DNA of 64,000 bases from Felis catus. Lineage: Eukaryota. Made by a program: the position numbers and the translations under genes. This document shows positions 24,218-37,660 of this stretch, piece after piece. Each line of letters opens with the position of its first letter. Positions within the stretch are counted from its first letter, which is position 1. A model generated the notes under the pieces. It made no database searches and had not been told where the DNA came from. It saw only the letters and a program-made list of their open reading frames with translations. The stretch covers positions 217,436,001 through 217,500,000 of the forward strand of contig NC_058368.1 of assembly GCF_018350175.1 (NCBI RefSeq), read 5' to 3'.

Positions 24218-25687
24218 GGGGTATATAATATACATTATATCAGCATGACTAGTTACATAAAGTCACATCAAAAAATAATATACACCACAATTTATAGCTT
24301 TGTCTGGCTCTCGACTTAAAGAAGGATTTTTTCTGAATTGGACTGGGAGTCTTCAGAATATGGTAGACATTATACCTAACTGACCAATAGTCATACCTGT
24401 CCATTATTAAAAATTATCTTCTTCATATTCAGCCTCAATCAATAATAAATAATGAACTTTGTTCACTAAATTATTGAATTTTGTTCAAACATTAAAACTT
24501 TGTTGTAAAAAGCTACTACATATGAAATTTGGTTTAAAAGTTTAAAGTAGGATTTTAAGTAAATTCCACTGAGTCCTTATAAACTCTTTTTTGCATTCTC
24601 TTTATGACTGAACTAATCAAGCTCAAGTAACCATATTTTAAAAGATTCATATGAGTTTGAGAACATCATCTTTGCCCCTTAAGAATGGTGTGGAAGAATG
24701 GGATGATTTGGTTAATTCATTACATTTACAAATCAGTAGTGATGGAGTGATTATAGATTGACGATCATGTCTTTAAGCAGAACACATTTTATTTAATTCT
24801 TTCATCAGTTTGTACGGGCTAATTATGTGTGAGGAATTTTATTCTTCTATTTCAAAGGCTTGTCAATGTGTGGGATGAAAGCACAGGGAAAGAGAGCAGT
24901 TCTTTTAATTGCTCCCAGCACTGAACGCTCTTTTGTGCATAGTTGGAATCTGAAATAATTTGACCCTCATTGCTTTTATCTAAACAAATTTAGACAATGG
25001 AACAAAGATATATTAGCAAATATACAAACACACCACTTTTTTTTTATCATGGTTCCCATTAATCCAGTAAGACTGACACTAAAATAAAAGCAGAGGTATA
25101 GATGAGTTGGTTTAAACAATTGTTGGAGAACAGACTGAACAATTGTGCCAGAATTTTTCTTTGATTCTTATAAATATAGTGACTCAAATGAAAAAGTTTC
25201 CTATGTAAATAAGATCTAGTTAGAGTTCTCTAAATACTTACTTTCAAAAATTTAGATGAAGAAATGGATGTTGATATCCATAGTAAATGCTTCATATGAT
25301 TAATTTTAACATCCTCCAAAAATATCTTCTGCTCATACATTCTTATTTGAAAATAGTCGTCTAAGAATAAAGCTATAAAATTATCCAGTTATTTAAGTTA
25401 TTTTTAAATTAAACTAAAGAGAGTGAAATAATTGGTGTAGGTAAGTCTATATACACCTGTTTTCAATCATTTATTAAAATGATTTCTAGAGTGAATATGC
25501 TGTGAAATAAGTGAATCTTAATTTAAAATGACTATAATTTCCAAAAAAACTGACTATAATTTCGTAAACATCAGTGTATCAATGTAAAAAACAAACAAAC
25601 AAAAGCTATAATGATACTAAACTTCTATTGAAATATTTTCTCCAGGATAGAAAAATCAGTAAGTTAAAAAAATTTTAAGATGTACCC

Positions 25688-25935
25688 TGGGAATGCAAAC
25701 TGGTGCAGCCACTCTGGAAAACAGTATAGAGGTTCCTCAAAAAACTAAAAATAGAAATACCTTACGACCCAACAATTGCACTACTAGGCATTTATCCAAG
25801 GGTTACAGGTGTGCTGTTTCAAAGGGACATGTGCACCCCAATGTTTATGTTTATAGCAGCACTATCAACAATAGCCAAAATATGGAAAGAGCCCAGATGT
25901 CCATCGATGGATGAATGGATAAAGAATATGTGGTG

Positions 25936-25981
<46 letters not shown>

Positions 25982-26364
25982 GAAGTATTACTTGGCAATC
26001 AAAAAGAATGAAATCTTGCCATTTGTGACTACATGAATGGAACTGGAGGGTATTATGCTAAGCGAAATCAGTCAGTCAGAGAAAGACAAATTCATATGAC
26101 TTCACTCATATGAGGACTTTAAGAGACAAAACAGATGAACGTAAGGGAAGGAAAACAAAAGTAATATAAAAACAGGGAGGGGGACAAAACAGAAGAGACT
26201 CATAAATATGCAGAACAAACTGAGGGTTGCTGGAGGGGTTATGGAAGGGGTTTTGGGATAAATGGGTAAGGGGCACTAAGGGATCTACTCCTGAAATCAT
26301 TGTTGCACTATATGCTAACTAATTTGGGTGTAAATTTAAAAAAAATTAAAATAAAATAAAATAA
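25688..26364 (+). mobile_element. 5'-truncated felid LINE-1 (L1_Fc-type) 3' end with internal (AC)20
   Basis: ORF2 C-terminal motif CTPMF..IAALSTIAKIWKEPRCPSMDEWIK; 3' UTR ...CTACTCCTGAAATCATTGTTGCACTATATGCTAAC followed by A-rich tail. Confidence 0.95.
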
Positions 26365-28412
26365 AAGATATGGCTGGGATAAAAAGAAAAAAAAACAAAC
26401 AAAAACCAATCGGTGCTTCTAAAAATTTAAGAAATGTTGAATACATGAATTATATAGTAAGCTCTTTTATAAAGAGAACTGCTTTTTTTGTTCATCATAA
26501 TAAATTCTCAAGATGTAAAAAAAAAAACCTCAAATTTCTTTCTTGTCTTTATTTTAAATGCTATAGCATTAAAGATCATTTTTAAAAATTAAAAACAGCC
26601 ATAATCCTACCACCTAAAACCATGACTATGATAAAATTTCATTCCATCCGTTGCTCTACTTAGTGTATATATATTTAGCATAATTGCAATCGCACAGCAT
26701 TTGCAATTATCAGTTCACTTTTTTCCTTTTAAATTTTATAATAACTTATTTGTCTGTAAAGCCTTTATAAGTATTATTTTAGTGACTGTATAAATGCCTC
26801 ATTGAGTTAATGTGGAATAATTGACAGTTTTTCCTTTTGAAATTTGGTATGTTTACAACTTTCATTACTAAAGATAATTTTCAATGAAAAAAAATTTAAG
26901 TTGTACCCAAATATTATATATATCACAATTGACTCTAAAATAAGAAAAAGATAAAATATATTTGATTTCTTTTTCTGACGTTGTTGGTTCTGGGTACTGT
27001 TCTTTGTGTCATCCTCGTTCTTCTGTCTCCTTAGCATCAGGTTATGTAAGTGTTTGGTCACTATTTTTATCTATTATTTGGACCAGTTTTTCTCTCTGAC
27101 ACCTCTTACATAGCAACTGAACTATCGCAGCCGATTCCAGGTTGATGCCAGATCCAGTCTCAGCAACATGAGTAGCTGAATTAACAGCCCATAACTCCAT
27201 GTCTTCAGTTACCCAGGATCTCAACCATTCCAGTTGGATGTGTCCATACAGATTGATAAAAAAAAATCGATTTAATAGGAAATAGGTGGTTTGGAAATTC
27301 ATCTACAGCAAAACAACACAAGTAAAATTATATACTCAAATTTCTGTTAGTATATGTATGCATGTATGTATTTAAGACAGAAAATCTCCAAAGCTGTATA
27401 TCACATAGTATTTTGTGATTTTTGTTCTGGTCTGTAAGTGTTTACTTTCTTCTGTGTTCTCATTTGTATGTTTTACTAATCATTTGTGTTTGTTCACATG
27501 TATTCACTTATTTAAAATTGGTAACTATTATAGAAGAGGCTATATTCAAAAACAGTCCCTTGAATATAATTTTGAGTTTTGATTGCCATGTCAAAACCCC
27601 TAATATTTGAAATTTATTGATTTGTTCCCTAAAGTAATTATTTTCTTGAGCTATATTTTGGCTTTATGTCCATAATTTATGTTTAGAATTGAACTATATT
27701 TTTCCACCATATTGTTTCATTCAGGATGATTTTACAGGCAAGTAAACACAAAATCTGGCTCCAAGTGGCTTCATCAGTATGGGAGTTGATTGACCTAGGC
27801 TAGTATTTTAGGGAGGAATTTATGGTCATTCTGAGGGGGCATTAAACATTAAAGGAGACATAGAGTGTCATTCTCAGAAAGAGAAAGTGAAATAATACAT
27901 AAGCATACTGAATGCAGGCTGGGAACTATGAATTCATAGTATTCATAGACCTGGTTGTGGAATCAGGTTGCAATAGCTTTAGTGAAGCTCTACTTTTGGG
28001 GAAGAATCAGAGAAGAGAGAGCATGCCTTGGAGATGAAGTGGTGAAGAAAACGAAGTAAAAGAGGGGGAAACTGACTAGCATGCAGAAATAAGAGAAAAG
28101 AAAACAGCATTTTTTTTTTACTCATAATCATAAAACAAAATACACAGGATTGGGCAGAACTGACAAAAGAGGGGACTCACCAACAGGAACTCTGCACTTG
28201 AAATAAGAAGCGAAAAATTTGGAAAGCACCAATATAAAACCACTGTAGATAGTCAGAGGTTGTAAAATACAGATTTTCTGTGGGTAGAAAAATCTCAACA
28301 ATAATATACCATGAAGCTGAGGAAAACTCACACAACATTGCAAAGTGAACTAAATATATAAAAAATAACTAGAAATATGAAATATCAGTTTGAATAAGCA
28401 ATACAAAATCTT

Positions 28413-28627
28413 AGGGTGCCTGGGTGGCTCAGTCAGTTAAGTGACTTCGACTTAGGTTGTAATCTCATGGTTCATGAGTTCAAGCCCTACATCAGGCTCT
28501 GCACTCACAGCAGAGCCTGCTTCAGATCCTCTGTCTCCCTCTTTCTCTGCCTCTCCCATGCTCATGGTCTCTCTCTCTCTGTCTCAAAAGTAAATAAACA
28601 GTAAAAAAAAAAAAAAAAAGAAGAAGA
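28413..28627 (+). mobile_element. CanSINE
   Basis: TSD AATACAAAATCT at 28400-28411 and 28628-28639. Confidence 0.95.
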
Positions 28628-28639
28628 AATACAAAATCT

Positions 28640-28995
28640 AAGGTAGATATATAAAAGGATTTCAAAAAATGAAAGCTGACTGAAATTGAGAAAGAAATAT
28701 ATGTAAGAGACAAAATGATGTTGGAAATGCAGAAAAACATTACAAACCGTTCAAGATGGCACAGATTGAGGAACGCTTAACAAAGAACATTGAGTCAGGG
28801 CAGGAAAACAATCACGATAGTAAATGTGAGATTTAAAAAATGTACAGTGAATCAGAGCAAAAGTGGTAGAGATGCAAAACAGGCAAAAGAGGTTGAACTT
28901 TTGTAGTATTGGTTTCCCTGAAGAAAAAAATCAAAATAATGGACCCAAGCTAATATTACAAACTACAATCCAGAAAGATTTCCAGAAATTAAAGC
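28640..28995 (+). mobile_element. Ancient L1/HAL1 ORF1 remnant
   Basis: NRQKRLNFCSIGFPEEKNQNNGPKLILQTTIQKDFQKLK resembles the ORF1p RRM entry motif R..NIRIIGVPEEE...IIQENFPELK. Confidence 0.7.
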
Positions 28996-29101
28996 AGATG
29001 GTATTTGTAGCCTGTCCTATTATATTGGGACGATGTCATGCTATTCCTTCTAATGGACTTGCATTGAAGTATTTTGGGAGACCTTAGGAACAAATCACTT
29101 A

Positions 29102-29103
<2 letters not shown>

Positions 29104-29149
<46 letters not shown>
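29104..29149. repeat. (TG)n microsatellite, about 22 units
   Basis: Direct reading. Confidence 0.97.
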
Positions 29150-29150
<1 letters not shown>

Positions 29151-29565
29151 TTTGTCATAACTTTTCCTCCTGCCCCAATAATCTTGAAATTCCACATTTA
29201 GATAGAACTGCAAAGAGAACAATGCCTCTTGGAATACCAAACCACTGCATGGAGGAGATTCGAAGAGAGATTTGCTTGGACTCACTTTGAACTTTGAAAT
29301 AAAGAAACTGTTTTACTCTACAATTGGCAATGTGATCTTGTGGTGGCAGCAGACCTGAATCTGTTCTGTCCGATACAATTATTCATATTAAAATAGCATG
29401 AAACAATGAAGAAATGAAACAAATGAAACAAATGAACAAAAAGAAACTGAGATATGATTTTGTGAAGTAATATACATGAATAAATTATAAAATAAATGTC
29501 AAACTCTAAAATTGCTGAACTCTGGCCTTTTACATCAGAATTCCTTTGGGCAAAGACTAGGCATT

Positions 29566-29776
29566 ATTTGTTTACTTATTTTAATGTTTATTTTTGAGAG
29601 AGACAGAGGCAAAGTGTGAGTGGGGGAGGCTCAGAGAGGGAGGCACAGAATCCGAAGTAGGCTCCAGGCTCTGAGCTGCCAGCACAGAGCCCGACGTGGG
29701 GTTCAAACTCATGAACTGTGAGATTATGACCTGAGCCCAAGTCAGACACTTAACCAACAGAGCCACCCAGGCACCC
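29566..29776 (-). mobile_element. CanSINE
   Basis: Full reverse body; flanks TAGGCATT / TAGACATT. Confidence 0.95.
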
Positions 29777-29796
29777 TAGACATTCTTATTTTTAAA

Positions 29797-30000
29797 GTGT
29801 ATTTATTTTATTTATTTTTTTGAGAGAGAGGTAGAGCGGAGGAAGGGCAGAGAGAAAGGGAGAGTGAGAGAATCCCAAGAAGACATTGCACTGACAGTAC
29901 AGAGCCCTAATGTAAGGCCAGATCTCATGAACTGCAAGATCATGACCTGGGCTGAAAACAACAGTGGGTCGCTTAACCAACCAAGCCACCCAAGTGCCCC
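29797..30000 (-). mobile_element. CanSINE, older subfamily
   Basis: TSD TAGACATTCTTATTTTTAAA / TAGGCATTGTTATTTTTAAA. Confidence 0.94.
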
Positions 30001-31214
30001 TAGGCATTGTTATTTTTAAAAGCTTCTCCAAGTTCATAGCTGTGGCTGAAGACCGACTTTAGTGAAACGAAGTCTGTACATAATTATGAAAATGTTTCAG
30101 TGAAAATCTGTTTCAAAACAAAATACATGGAAAATTTATCATTACAGAAATCGTTATTTTTCCTCTCTAGAAGATAATTATTTCAATGTGATTCCATATC
30201 ATCATGTATGATTTGCACCTGTTGATGTTTTGCAAAATTCTTCGTTTCTAAGATGATTGCTTGTGTAGTTTGTGCTTCTGCTATTAGAATTTGCATCATC
30301 CTCTGAAAAACTACTTGTTTCTGAACTAGGGTTCTCATTAAAGTTTTCATGGCTGATTGCAGTTGATGTGTACTGTGTAATCACAAAGCTTAGTCACATA
30401 GCTTGGAACAAGTATGGCATCTAGTCTTTCTTAGAAAGTAATTAGGTAAAATTTAACATCTTTAAAACTAAAATCGCCTTTTCTTTAAAATAAAAGTTCT
30501 TTTCCACCTGTCTTCAATTTCATTTTCATGTCACATTTTATCTTTTTTTAAATCCCCTTAATGATTCTTCTTTCTATGTTTTCCTATTTTTATTTATTTT
30601 GACTCAGCATCCTCAGGAACTTCTGCATCTTTTGGAAAAAATATATTTTATCACTTCCCCTGGAAAGATAGCTTTAATAGATTATGATCTAAAAATCTAT
30701 CTTTATCACCGATCTTTTCTGTCATGAGAACTCTTCTCATTAACAATTGTCATCTGTATATAATTTTCCTTGTAGTGGCTCTGAATAATATTATTTTCAT
30801 CTATTATCTCATCCCATATAAAAAGTGGTTGTTTCTTTAGGAAAGATTTCCTTTCAATTAATTTGTAAACAAGAGACAGGCAAGCCTACCAGGGGTCTTG
30901 TATATTGACAAACAATTCAAAAATTAGTTATGATTCTGTGCAGAGGAGGCATTCAAAAAAGCCTGAGTGGGCATGGGAAAGTTGAAAACCTGGACAGGGT
31001 AGTTTAAAAGTGTTAAAGAAGAAAATATTCCTAAGAGTAATCCATACCCTATGCTACCCAGCCTGCAATTTCATATCATTGCTAATATCTAAATGCATTG
31101 TCTTCTTAATAATATATTTAATTGGACATTCCACAGGTTGAATTGTTAATCTTCTGAAGATGTCTATGGTGGTTGGAAGCCGTAAACCTTGCAAGGTTTC
31201 ATTAATAAGCCAAT

Positions 31215-31681
31215 TGTTACAGACTTAATTGTGTCTCCCAAATGATATGATGAACTTCTAACATCAATACCTAAGAATGTGATCTGATTTGGAACTAAAG
31301 TCATTGTAGATGTAATTATTTAAGATGAGGTCATTTTGAATTATGTTGGACCCTTAATCCAATATAAGTGAAGTGCTTATAAGAAGAGAAGAGACAGAGA
31401 CAAAGACACAAAGAGAATGCCATGCAATAATGGAGTCTGAGATTGGAGTTGCACATATGTAAGGCAAGGAATAGCAAATATTTCACCACATGAGAAACTA
31501 AGAGCCAATCAGATTCCTCCCCCCCACCCCCCAATCCCTCCGAGACTTCAAACAGAACACTGCCTTGTGAACAACTTGATTTGGGACTTTTAGCCTTCAG
31601 AACAGTGGGAGAAAAAAAATTTTCTGTTGTTTTAGGCCACACCGTTATGCCTTGTTACAGTAGCCCTAGGAAATGGATACA
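31215..31681 (+). mobile_element. MaLR solo LTR, MLT1C-like
   Basis: TGTTACAGACTTAATTGTGTCTCCC start; TAAGATGAGGTCAT; ends TTGTTACAGTAGCCCTAGGAAATGGATACA. Confidence 0.88.
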
Positions 31682-31884
31682 ATAGTGAATAATAATTTCC
31701 CATCCAGCTTGAGTCACATCTTGCTGGGAGTTTGGGGGGCTACATTCCCCCAATATATCATAAACACATTTGTATTGCATTTTTCCTACTTGTTTTCTGC
31801 TTTTGTTTTGGGAATACCGTAACCATATGTTAGTAATATAACACATAAATTTACCTTCATAGCCATTAATCTTGAAAAACTATT

Positions 31885-32294
31885 TATGGATAAATAAGAT
31901 GTGATGTACACATACAATGGAATATTATTCAGCCATAAAAAATGAGATCTTGCCATTTGGAACAACATAGATGGACCTAGAGAGTACAAAACTATGTGAT
32001 AGTAGTCAGACAAAGACAGATACTGTATGATTTACTCATGTGTAGAGTTAAACAACAACAACAAAACTGAACCAACAACAAAAAAGACAAACAAAAAAGC
32101 AGACTCTTAAATACACAGAGCAAATTGGTGGTTGCAAGAAAGGAGGTGGGTGAGGGGATGGATGAAATAGGTGATGGGGATTAAGAACACACTTATCTAG
32201 ATGAGCACTGAGTAAGGTGTAGAAACTTTGAATCATATTGCACAACTGAAACTAATGTAACCCTGCATGTTAACTCTACTTGAATCAAAAAAAA
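31885..32294 (+). mobile_element. Carnivore LINE-1 (L1_Carn-type) 3' end
   Basis: CAATGGAATATTATTCAGCCATAAAAAATGAGATCTTGCCATTTG...GATGAGCACTGAGTAA...poly(A). Confidence 0.9.
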
Positions 32295-32664
32295 GAAAAC
32301 TTACATTAACATGTAGAAAACTCAGCCAATGTGTAGCAATATAATTGACTTGGCAATGCCTAGTATGTTATGCATAACAATTATTCTAATTGGCCAACAC
32401 TTATCTCACACCTGTGTTTAATATTTTGACTAGTACTCTTGGAACAAATCATCCAAATCTTCATTTCTGAAAATTAAGAATAAGGCTAGATAGTTAATTG
32501 ATTGTAAAATACTTAAGAAAAAAATGGGCTTCACAAAACCAAAAATAAAAACAAAAAACTATAAATTACAAAACGACCTCCTGGAGTGGAGTGTCAACTA
32601 ATACCAGACTAACCTGAAGCATAACATTAACTGCAATGTGACTATCAATATTGGATGCCATCTG

Positions 32665-32889
32665 AGAAGCAGCTGGGTAGCTCAGTAGGTTAAGTGTCCC
32701 ACTTTGGCTTAGGTCATGATCTCGCAGTTTGTGAGTTCAAGCTCCACATCGGGCTCTGTGTTGATAGCTTGGAGCCTGCAGCCTGCTTTGAATTCTGTGT
32801 CTCCCTCTCTCTCTGCCCTCCTCCACTCACAGTCTGTGTCTCTCTCTCAAAAAATAAATATTAAAAAATATTTTTTTTAAAAAAAGAAA
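32665..32889 (+). mobile_element. CanSINE
   Basis: TSD ATGCCATCTGAG / ATGCCATTTGAG. Confidence 0.94.
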
Positions 32890-35757
32890 ATGCCATTTGA
32901 GTTTTTATTGACATACACTTAAATATATGTGAAATCTTATAAATGTGCATCAGCAAAAAAACAAAACAAAACAAAACTTCTATTCTCTACAAAACAGGTT
33001 GTAACACCCATGACTACCAACTATGGAGGAAATGATTTCCCATCATGTCTTGCTGAAAGGTGCAAATGGACCACAACAGAATAGTCAACTGGTAGTTAAA
33101 CTACTTCCTTGATATCTGAGGAATAAATTCTTTTATTTTATTGAAACGGTCATCTTCAGGTCTTTAAAATTACTTGAAAACTGTTTGAGGCTACTATTGG
33201 TTTGGGTTTCCTAGAAATGTTTGGAATTATGAGTTTACTCATAACAATATAAAGAAGTTTGGATTCTTAATTTTAAATGCCAGGGAAATTCTTTTTTGAG
33301 TCTCCTCACCCTTGTTATTTTCCTCCTGATTATGGCAGTTAGCTGTGCGCTAGAATGACTATCCTGCTGTGGTGTTAATCAGATGAGAAAAGACCCTGCT
33401 GGGAGATGTGGTAATTACACTGGGATAGTTCATCTCTTTCTGAACTCTCCCTAGGTCTTCATTTTTCCTAACAGCAACAGTGATACTAATTAAAAATGGA
33501 TGTTAATTATAAAAGTTTAAAATATCCTTCCTTTACAAGTTAGTATAACCTTTTCCACCAATGAAAGAGAGAAGTTTTTACATTCTTGTAGCACTTTTGT
33601 CTGATGCTTCAAAATGAGTGGGAAAAAAAGCATTTTGTAAATGATAAATGTTCCTTTATACAGAGTCATAGTTTTCACCTTCCTTTAGGTGCTATTTTAG
33701 TCCCTAAGTTCTTTTCATTTATTAATAAGTAAACCTTCTATTAAACTTTATGGCTTATAAAATTGGCATCCTGCTTACAAAAAGAGTAGGATGTTTATTG
33801 AGGCTTTGAAAATCAATCTTTATTTATAGAGGGTTTCTACACATCAACTAGCTGATGTTTGTTTGTTTTTTTCCCAAGAATGACAAATGCAAATAGAATT
33901 TGATGTTAATGTATGTATATATCCATTGAGGTGTTTCATCTAAACCTGTTTTTTCCATTGAGATTCAATTCACGTAACCTAGTATTGCAAATGAATGTGA
34001 ATAATATTTATTAATAAAACTGTGTCTCTGAAAAGAATAAAATCAGTCTAAAAAATCACAAGTGTATTAGGAACGTATATTGGTCATAGATAATGGAGAA
34101 AATTGGTAGTTAGATTGTGTTAAGGGGATATAAATAGAGATATTATTGTAAAAAATCTCAGGCATTTGTATGTTTAATTTAAACATAAAACAGTAATTCA
34201 TAATTTGGAATTATCAGTTAACTTCAATTTAAATTTATTTTTTTTTACTTTGCATAGAAAGTATTAAAATGCTCAGAAAACATGCTTTAAAGAATAAACG
34301 CTTCTGACTCATAAGCACCCGATAAAGTTCTAGCAATTATTCTCTGAAATCTGGGACAAAGAAGCTAATTGAGTGTATTATTATAAAACTCTAGGGGGAG
34401 AAACAACAAGTTCAGCAGAACTGTCAAAGGTTTAGAATATTTCTACTCTTTATAGGATTAATCTCTCTGGAAGCACGAGATCTGAAGCTAAGTATGAAAG
34501 AAGCAATCACATTTTAAGTGCTAATGTGACTGAAGACATTGTCATTTTACGGATAATCAGAGCATCTTTAAACATTAGATACTCAAAAAAGTTAGGGTTT
34601 TCAATTTAGTCCTCCATCAAGTTCTTTCAAAACACACTTACACATTTTTAATCAAATAGGTTAAATATTAATATCTCATTTAAAAACAAACCTTATTTCA
34701 CAAAATTTGCATATTTGAATACTGTAAATAAATAATGCCCAGTACAGTATATTGTTTTTAGAAATTTTTGATATCCAAATTTATTTAACTTTATGATACT
34801 TTTTGTTGAATCTGACATACTTTATTTCTAAAATTCAGAATATATAGATCATGTTAAGGATACATAATTCAAGTTTACTGTGTAAACTGTCCCAACAATG
34901 AACCATTTATGAAGGCTGGATCTTCCAATTTTCTAACGACTTCCAAAAAAGGTTTTAATAGCCATAGACTTTATGTGGAACTAAAGAATCCCAATCAGTA
35001 CAATTTGAAAAGCCTAAATAAATGAGCATAGTGCTAGCGAAATGATACAATATACAGAGAGTAGAAGAACAAACTAAAAAGCTTGGTTTTCAATTATTTA
35101 GCCATATGACTTTTAGGAAGTTAATTACTATATTTGAGTTATAATTTCCTCATTTAATTTGTTATGAGAATTTAATGTTGTAACTGTATTAGGGATGCGA
35201 TGCATTTATATGATCTAAAATAACATGTAGGAATCCTATACAAGGCTTGTATCATTCTGAGTTGTTAAATATTTCCATATTTGATGTACTCATGGGAAAT
35301 CTGAAGGTTCTTTGGAAAAAAAATCAATAATGTGGTTGCACTGGGAAATATACGGAAGAAATTATTTGGTAACTTGTTGCCTAAATCTATATGAACAGGT
35401 TATGATGGAGCTTTCCTATAGCACCTCTTGACCAACCAAGTTTTCAAAATTCCAGTTACAAAATCACACTACTTTATGCAAGTGAAGTTATATTTATGGA
35501 TTGCACCATTGCAAAGTCATTAGTGATATACCCTTGCATAACTGTTGGATGCACATATTCAAAGCAAAATAAATGAATACTCCTAATATTGATGAAGCAA
35601 CTCAATCTCTCATTCTGCTCATATTAATAAGAAATAATGTAACATTCTCTCCACAGTTACCATAATGGAGAGGAAAAACTTTACTGTAGATAGGTCCACA
35701 TTGGAGGTATATCATGAACAATATGTGTCATAAATCCTGGGACTTTCCCAGCGGGGA

Positions 35758-36398
35758 CATTGGTCCTCATATTCATAGATTCTGTATTTGTGAATTTACT
35801 AACTTACTAAAAGGAATTTGTAACCCAAAATCAATACCATGGCACTTTTGTGCCCATTTGCAAACATGCATAGGCAGCGAAAAACTTGAGTCATTGAATG
35901 CTCACCTTTCCAGCTGAGACTGAACAAGATGTCTCTCTGCCTTCTTGTTTCAGCCCTCATACTGTACACAAGTGTCCTTTTGTGGTCTGTCTAGTACCAC
36001 AGTTTAGCATTTTTGTGGTTTTTTTTTAATGGTGATTTCACTGTTTACAATGGTCCCAAGCTAGTCCTGAGCTACTATCTAGAGCCTAAGCTCAAGTAGA
36101 CTGCAATTTGCCTTATGGAGAAAATATGTGCATCAGGCAAGGCCTCATTTAGACATGAGTTATAATACTGTTGAATGTGAGTTCAATGTTGATGAATCAA
36201 CCGTGTGTGTGTGTGTACATAGTATCTATACACAGAAACACACATAATAAAAGGTTATATATTGATTGGTTGGCACAAGTGTTATGACCAGAAGACCTAA
36301 CTCTATATTTCCCCTAAGACCATTGATTCAGTATTCACTAATTCTGTATTCTCTTAAACTTTATAGAAAACAACTGCTATGAATAATTAGACTCGCCA
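35758..36398 (+). mobile_element. MER82-like TcMar-Tigger non-autonomous DNA transposon, near full length
   Basis: TTTGTAACCCAAAATCAATAC, CTCTGCCTTCTTGTTTCAGCCCTCATACTGTA and GTGAGTTCAATGTTGATGAATCAAC match the recalled MER82 consensus. Confidence 0.88.
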
Positions 36399-36499
36399 TA
36401 TTTCCCTACCTTGATATTTTTAATTTATAGAAATATATTAATTTATTGCCTGGTATAAAAATTTTTCAGTTCTATCAATCATACTTGGTATTTATTTAA

Positions 36500-37165
36500 A
36501 TGAGTTGGAAATTTACATCTGCACGAAAACCTGCACATGGAAGCTTTAGCTGTAATTGTCAAAGCTTGAAAGCAACTGAGATGTCCCTTAATACTAAATG
36601 GATAAACAGGTACATCCAGACACTGGAATATTATTCAACGAAATAAAGAAAGGAGCTATCAAGCCATGAAAAGACACAGAGTGACCTTAAATACATAATG
36701 CTAAATGAAAAAAGTCAATCTGAAAGTGCTACATATTATATGATTCCAACTATATCTGGAAAAGATAAGACTATGAAGACAGTAAGAAATTCAGCGGTCA
36801 ATTGGTTCAAAAGAAGGGAGAGAGGAATGAATAAGCAGAGTGGAGAGGACTTTGTAGAGAAGTGAAACTACTCTGCATGACACTATAATGTTGGATACAT
36901 GTCATACATTTGTCAAAACTCATTGAATGTACAATACAAAGACTTAAACCTTGATGTAACCTATGAACTTGAGTTAGTGACACTGTATCAATATTGGTCT
37001 CTCAATTGTAACAAATGAACCATGCTAATTTAACATGTTAATGACCAGGCTGACTCTGGTGAGGATGGTGGGGATCAGGAGGATATGAGAACTCTAGACT
37101 TTCTGCTCAAATTTTCTATAAACTTACAATTGCTCAAACAGTAGTCTATTCATTTGAAATAGAAA
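36500..37165 (+). mobile_element. L1MC1/L1MC2-type LINE-1 3' end
   Basis: GAGCTATCAAGCCATGAAAAGACAC...ATGATTCCAACTATAT...CTCAATTTTCTATAAAC. Confidence 0.88.
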
Positions 37166-37174
37166 AAAATGGAT

Positions 37175-37660
37175 GTTAAGTCTCTTAGATTCAAGTGAGA
37201 TAAGCCCAGTTTAGCTAATTTAGCAGAAATAAAATGGGGATTTAAGAGAATTGCAAGTTCAGGAGAAATAGGCATTGAGGCACCTTAAAATACTGGAAAT
37301 TATACTACAGAATTATTGCAGCATCTGCAAGTAAAAATACTATTCATTCTGCCGCCACCGTAGCCGCCATTGGACATTGACTGCTATAACAAACATCAGC
37401 CTTAGTGCAATCCCAGAAAACTTGAATGTGTTGCCATAGATAGTCCCCACACATTGGTTTTTCTGCTGTGACTTCTTTTTGTGTCACTATCTCCTGACGG
37501 AAAGTCTGTCACCATTTAGGCAATGAACTGAGTCTTGGTCTAGTGTTTCTATCCTAGTCGTTAAGGGACTCTGCCTTCATCTAAGATGTTCAAGTTAAGA
37601 ATTCTCCATGCATAGGAAGAAGGCTCAGATTCTGAGAAGTCATAAGGAATATTAACTGTT
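37175..37660 (-). mobile_element. Probable very old MaLR (MLT1J/K-like) relic
   Basis: TCTTAGATTCAAGTGAGATAAGCCCAGTTTAGCTAATTTAGCAGAAA resembles the reverse 3' end of old MLT1 LTRs; weak match. Confidence 0.4.
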
